From: Patescibacteria group bacterium | Lineage (GTDB): Bacteria > Patescibacteriota > Kazan-3B-28 > UBA10110 | Assembly (NCBI GenBank): GCA_043802665.1 | Contig: JAZDKW010000002.1 | Span: 1-57,293, forward strand | Direction of reading: 5' to 3' | DNA length: 57,293 nt | Shown: positions 54,457 through 57,293 of the stretch, one piece after another | How positions within the stretch are numbered: the stretch's first letter is position 1 | Layout: each line of letters opens with the position of its first letter | Notes under the pieces: model-generated | Databases searched by the model: none | Seen by the model: the letters and a program-made list of their open reading frames with translations, nothing else | Told to the model about the DNA's origin: nothing | Position numbers and translations under genes: made by a program

Positions 54457-57293
54457 ATGGCAGTAGCTCGCACGGGAGTTAGATTAGTAACTCGGTATTT
54501 CACAAAGGAGGGAGAGAATGTTTTTGATAAAGAAGAATGGGGAAAGCGCAGAGCCTATTTGTTTGATAGCAAAGCCAACCAAGTCTTGATTGATTGGGAG
54601 GTAGAGGCGCCGGTGGCCTGGTCGGATACCGCGGTAAATATCGCCGCTTGGAAATATTTCCGCCGCAAAGGGGTACCCACTCCCGAGGGACGCGAAAACA
54701 ATGTCCGTCAGATGTTAGATCGGGTGACCATGGCTGTCACTAAGGCGGGGCAAGATCTCGGTTATTTTGATAATGCCGAGGAAGCCCAAGTTTTTTATGA
54801 TGAGTTAGCCCACTTACTATTACACCAAAAGGCGGCGTTTAATTCACCAGTTTGGTTTAATGTTGGCATCTATGAAAAATACGGTATTACTCGGCCAATG
54901 GATGCCAATTTTTATTGTTACAGTCCCGCTACCGGACAGATTGAAGATTCCTTAGATACTTACATGCACCCCCAATGCAGTGCCTGTTTTATCCAATCCA
55001 TAGAAGACACTCTGGAGGATATTTTTGATTTAGTAAAACGCGAATCCCGTTTGTTTAAGTGGGGTTCGGGAACGGGAACTAATTTTTCCTCTCTGCGTTC
55101 TCGCTTTGAAAAACTTTCTACTGGCGGGAATCCCTCGGGGATGCTCTCATTTTTGAAAGTTTTGGATGCGGGCGCAGGAGCGACCAAATCCGGTGGTATC
55201 ACTCGGCGGGCGGCCAAGATGGTCATCGTGAACATCGATCACCCCGAAGTGGAAGATTTTATCAAATGGAAAGCCCACGAAGAAGAAAAGGCTCAAGCAT
55301 TGATTCGGGAAGGTTACGATGCGGACTTCAACGGCGAGGCCTACCAGACAGTGGCGGGGCAGAACTCCAACAACTCTGTCCGGGTGACCGATGAATTTAT
55401 GCAATCCTACTTAAACGACGGCGAGTGGCAGACCAAAGCAGTAACTACCGGTGCTGTGGTGCAAACTTACAAGGCGCGCGATTTGATGCGCCTTATTGCG
55501 GAATCGGCCTGGAAGTGTGCTGACCCTGGCATGCAATACGATACTGCTATTAACCGCTGGCATACTTGTAAATCTTCGGGGCATATTGACGCCAGCAATC
55601 CTTGCAGTGAATTTATGTTCTTGGATAACTCGGCTTGCAATTTAAGTTCGATCAATTTGGTTAAATTCGCCGATGAGGATGGCAACTTTGATATAGAATC
55701 TTTTCGGAAAGCGATAGAGGTTATGATTTTGGCCCAGGAAATCTTGGTGGACTATGGTTCCTATCCGGTCCATTCCATCGCTCTTAACAGCCATAAGTTT
55801 CGCCCTTTGGGCCTCGGCTACGCTAATTTAGGAGCTTATTTGATGCGGCTGGGTCTTCCGTACGATAGCGAATCTGGACGAATGATGGCCGCCGCCATCA
55901 CTGCTCTAATGACCGGTCGGGCTTATGCTATGTCGGCCAAGATTGCTGGTCGAATCGGCTCATTTGACGATTACCAGATTAATTCCGCTGGGATGTTAGG
56001 GGTTATGGAGATGCATAAATCTGCGCTGGGGAACTTGCGGAATGTACCCGAACCAGAATTATCCGTCGCGGCCGCGGCCGATTGGGAAGAAGCTTTAAAT
56101 CTGGGAAAAGAATTTGGGTTTAGAAACGCCCAAGTAACTTTGTTGGCCCCCACAGGCACGATTGGGCCCCTAATGGATGTGGACACTACTGGCATCGAGC
56201 CAGATTATGCTTTAGTTAAATATAAAAAGCTCTCCGGCGGTGGCGGGTATGCCATTATTAATCAATCGGTTGAACCAGCCTTGAAGAATTTAGGTTACAC
56301 CGGCGATCAAATTGAACAGATTAAACAGTATGTATTAGAACAAGGCACGATGGAAGGTGCACCAGAAATCAAATTAGAACATCTGCCAATCTTTGATTGC
56401 GCCAATAAGTGCAACGGCGGAGTGCGGTTTATCGCACCGATGGGACATATTGAAATGATGGCGGCCACCCAGCCATTCCTCTCCGGTGCAATTTCCAAAA
56501 CAGTGAATATGCCGGAAGAGGCCACCATTGAAGAAATTGAGAATATCTACATTGAGGCGTGGCGCAAAGGACTTAAAGCCATCGCGATCTATCGGGATAA
56601 CTGCAAGGCCTCTCAGCCGCTCACGGCCAAGGGAAGCAGTCAATCCGGTACGTTGATGGTGCCCTCGCGGCATCGGGATCTACCGCATACAAGGGAAGGG
56701 CTGACGCACAAAGTTATCATTAACGGTCAGCACCGGATTTATATCACGGCTAATCGGTTTGAGGATGGTGATTTAGGAGAGATATTTATCAGTGCTGGCA
56801 AAGAAGGCTCGGTAGTTTCGGGTTTACTCAATGCGATGGCGATGCTTTGTTCTAAAATGTTGCAAGAAGGCGCTCCTGCCGAAACTATTGTCACCTCATT
56901 CCTTAATTTACGGTTTGATCCTTGGGGAGCGACGGATAATGCCGATATCCCGATGGCCAAATCCATTACCGATTACATCGCCAAATGGTTGGGAATGAAT
57001 TTCTTGCCCTTGGACCGCCAAGTGGCCCTGGGGATTATTAATGGTCACGGAATGGCCAAGAATGGCAATGGAGATGGAGAAAGCAATGGGGATAGTTTCT
57101 TATCCGAAAAAGAACCAGCGGATTCTGCTCCCAGTGCGGATCAACCAGTGCTAACTTTAAATGTGAGTGCTAACGGTCAGTCTAAGGATAGCTCCGATTA
57201 CAAATACGCGCCGGTCTGCCCGACTTGCGGGGCGCTGATGGTTAGATCTGGCACTTGTTTTTATTGCAAAGAATGCGCCACCACCACCGGCTG
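54457..57293 (+). CDS. nrdJ: Adenosylcobalamin-dependent (class II) ribonucleotide reductase, 3' end beyond the window
   Basis: The frame is open from ATG 54457 (SD AGGAGGTGG) to the window end. Motifs: CSACFI, KWGSGTGTNFSSLR, NPCSEF, APTGTI, ISKTVN and a C-terminal CPTCG...CKEC zinc ribbon. Not in the ORF track because no stop is present. Confidence 0.9.
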   Translation, partial: MAVARTGVRLVTRYFTKEGENVFDKEEWGKRRAYLFDSKANQVLIDWEVEAPVAWSDTAVNIAAWKYFRRKGVPTPEGRENNVRQMLDRVTMAVTKAGQDLGYFDNAEEAQVFYDELAHLLLHQKAAFNSPVWFNVGIYEKYGITRPMDANFYCYSPATGQIEDSLDTYMHPQCSACFIQSIEDTLEDIFDLVKRESRLFKWGSGTGTNFSSLRSRFEKLSTGGNPSGMLSFLKVLDAGAGATKSGGITRRAAKMVIVNIDHPEVEDFIKWKAHEEEKAQALIREGYDADFNGEAYQTVAGQNSNNSVRVTDEFMQSYLNDGEWQTKAVTTGAVVQTYKARDLMRLIAESAWKCADPGMQYDTAINRWHTCKSSGHIDASNPCSEFMFLDNSACNLSSINLVKFADEDGNFDIESFRKAIEVMILAQEILVDYGSYPVHSIALNSHKFRPLGLGYANLGAYLMRLGLPYDSESGRMMAAAITALMTGRAYAMSAKIAGRIGSFDDYQINSAGMLGVMEMHKSALGNLRNVPEPELSVAAAADWEEALNLGKEFGFRNAQVTLLAPTGTIGPLMDVDTTGIEPDYALVKYKKLSGGGGYAIINQSVEPALKNLGYTGDQIEQIKQYVLEQGTMEGAPEIKLEHLPIFDCANKCNGGVRFIAPMGHIEMMAATQPFLSGAISKTVNMPEEATIEEIENIYIEAWRKGLKAIAIYRDNCKASQPLTAKGSSQSGTLMVPSRHRDLPHTREGLTHKVIINGQHRIYITANRFEDGDLGEIFISAGKEGSVVSGLLNAMAMLCSKMLQEGAPAETIVTSFLNLRFDPWGATDNADIPMAKSITDYIAKWLGMNFLPLDRQVALGIINGHGMAKNGNGDGESNGDSFLSEKEPADSAPSADQPVLTLNVSANGQSKDSSDYKYAPVCPTCGALMVRSGTCFYCKECATTTG

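Noticed and set aside
54457-57293. Intein or intron inside the RNR gene
   Set aside because: The translation is continuous through all conserved RNR blocks, with no Cys/Ser...HN-type insertion.
1-57293. Alternative genetic code (UGA recoding as in some candidate phyla)
   Set aside because: All conserved genes are intact under the standard code, and TGA is used as a genuine stop, for example at 22671-22673 and 14653-14655.

Overview
57.3-kb chromosomal window from a small-genome bacterium using the standard genetic code. The compact housekeeping genes, a tRNA interrupted by an intron, a DGR and dense REP-like intergenic hairpins are consistent with a Patescibacteria/CPR-type organism, but that is inference only.

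Backbone genes:
- Xer-type recombinase, LysM-M23 peptidase, LCP, HtrA, ComEA, RecG, TyrRS, PBP1A, trigger factor, ClpP, HolB, RarA.
- rplK-rplA and rplJ-rplL, separated here by a dut / tmk-like / tandem ThyX-like insert and a GxxExxY cassette.
- Tgt, ThpR, SecDF, HisRS, rpsU-yqeY-ybeY, FtsA-FtsZ, and a class II RNR truncated at the window end.
- Four tRNA genes, all with encoded CCA: Leu-UAG, Thr-UGU, Tyr-GUA and Thr-GGU.

Main element: a complete diversity-generating retroelement at 398-2979.
- The target ORF carries a 118-nt VR. A gap-free TR differs from it at 23 positions, 21 of which are TR adenines.
- An Avd-like four-helix-bundle gene and an RT with LGNLTSQ/YADD motifs are present.
- The layout is unusual. 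avd is antisense and overlaps the RT start, both genes start at TTG, and an 11-G tract sits in the first RT codons.
- A diverged paralogue of the target lies 52 kb away at 53354-53962.

Other observations:
- Both target paralogues and two unrelated small ORFs are each preceded by a copy of a composite intergenic module (hairpin, long-range stem, degenerate CTCCAATG-type tandem units, promoter). I cannot assign this module to a known class.
- tRNA-Thr(GGU) is split by a 202-nt group I-like intron. Upstream of it is a duplicated 5' exon carrying two hairpin insertions.
- A roughly 340-nt terminator-ended structured non-coding region is present.
- There is a candidate dif palindrome next to the xer gene.
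- Several cassette-like insertions are bracketed by repeats.

All calls rest on reading the sequence and ORF translations. No database searches or folding computations were run.
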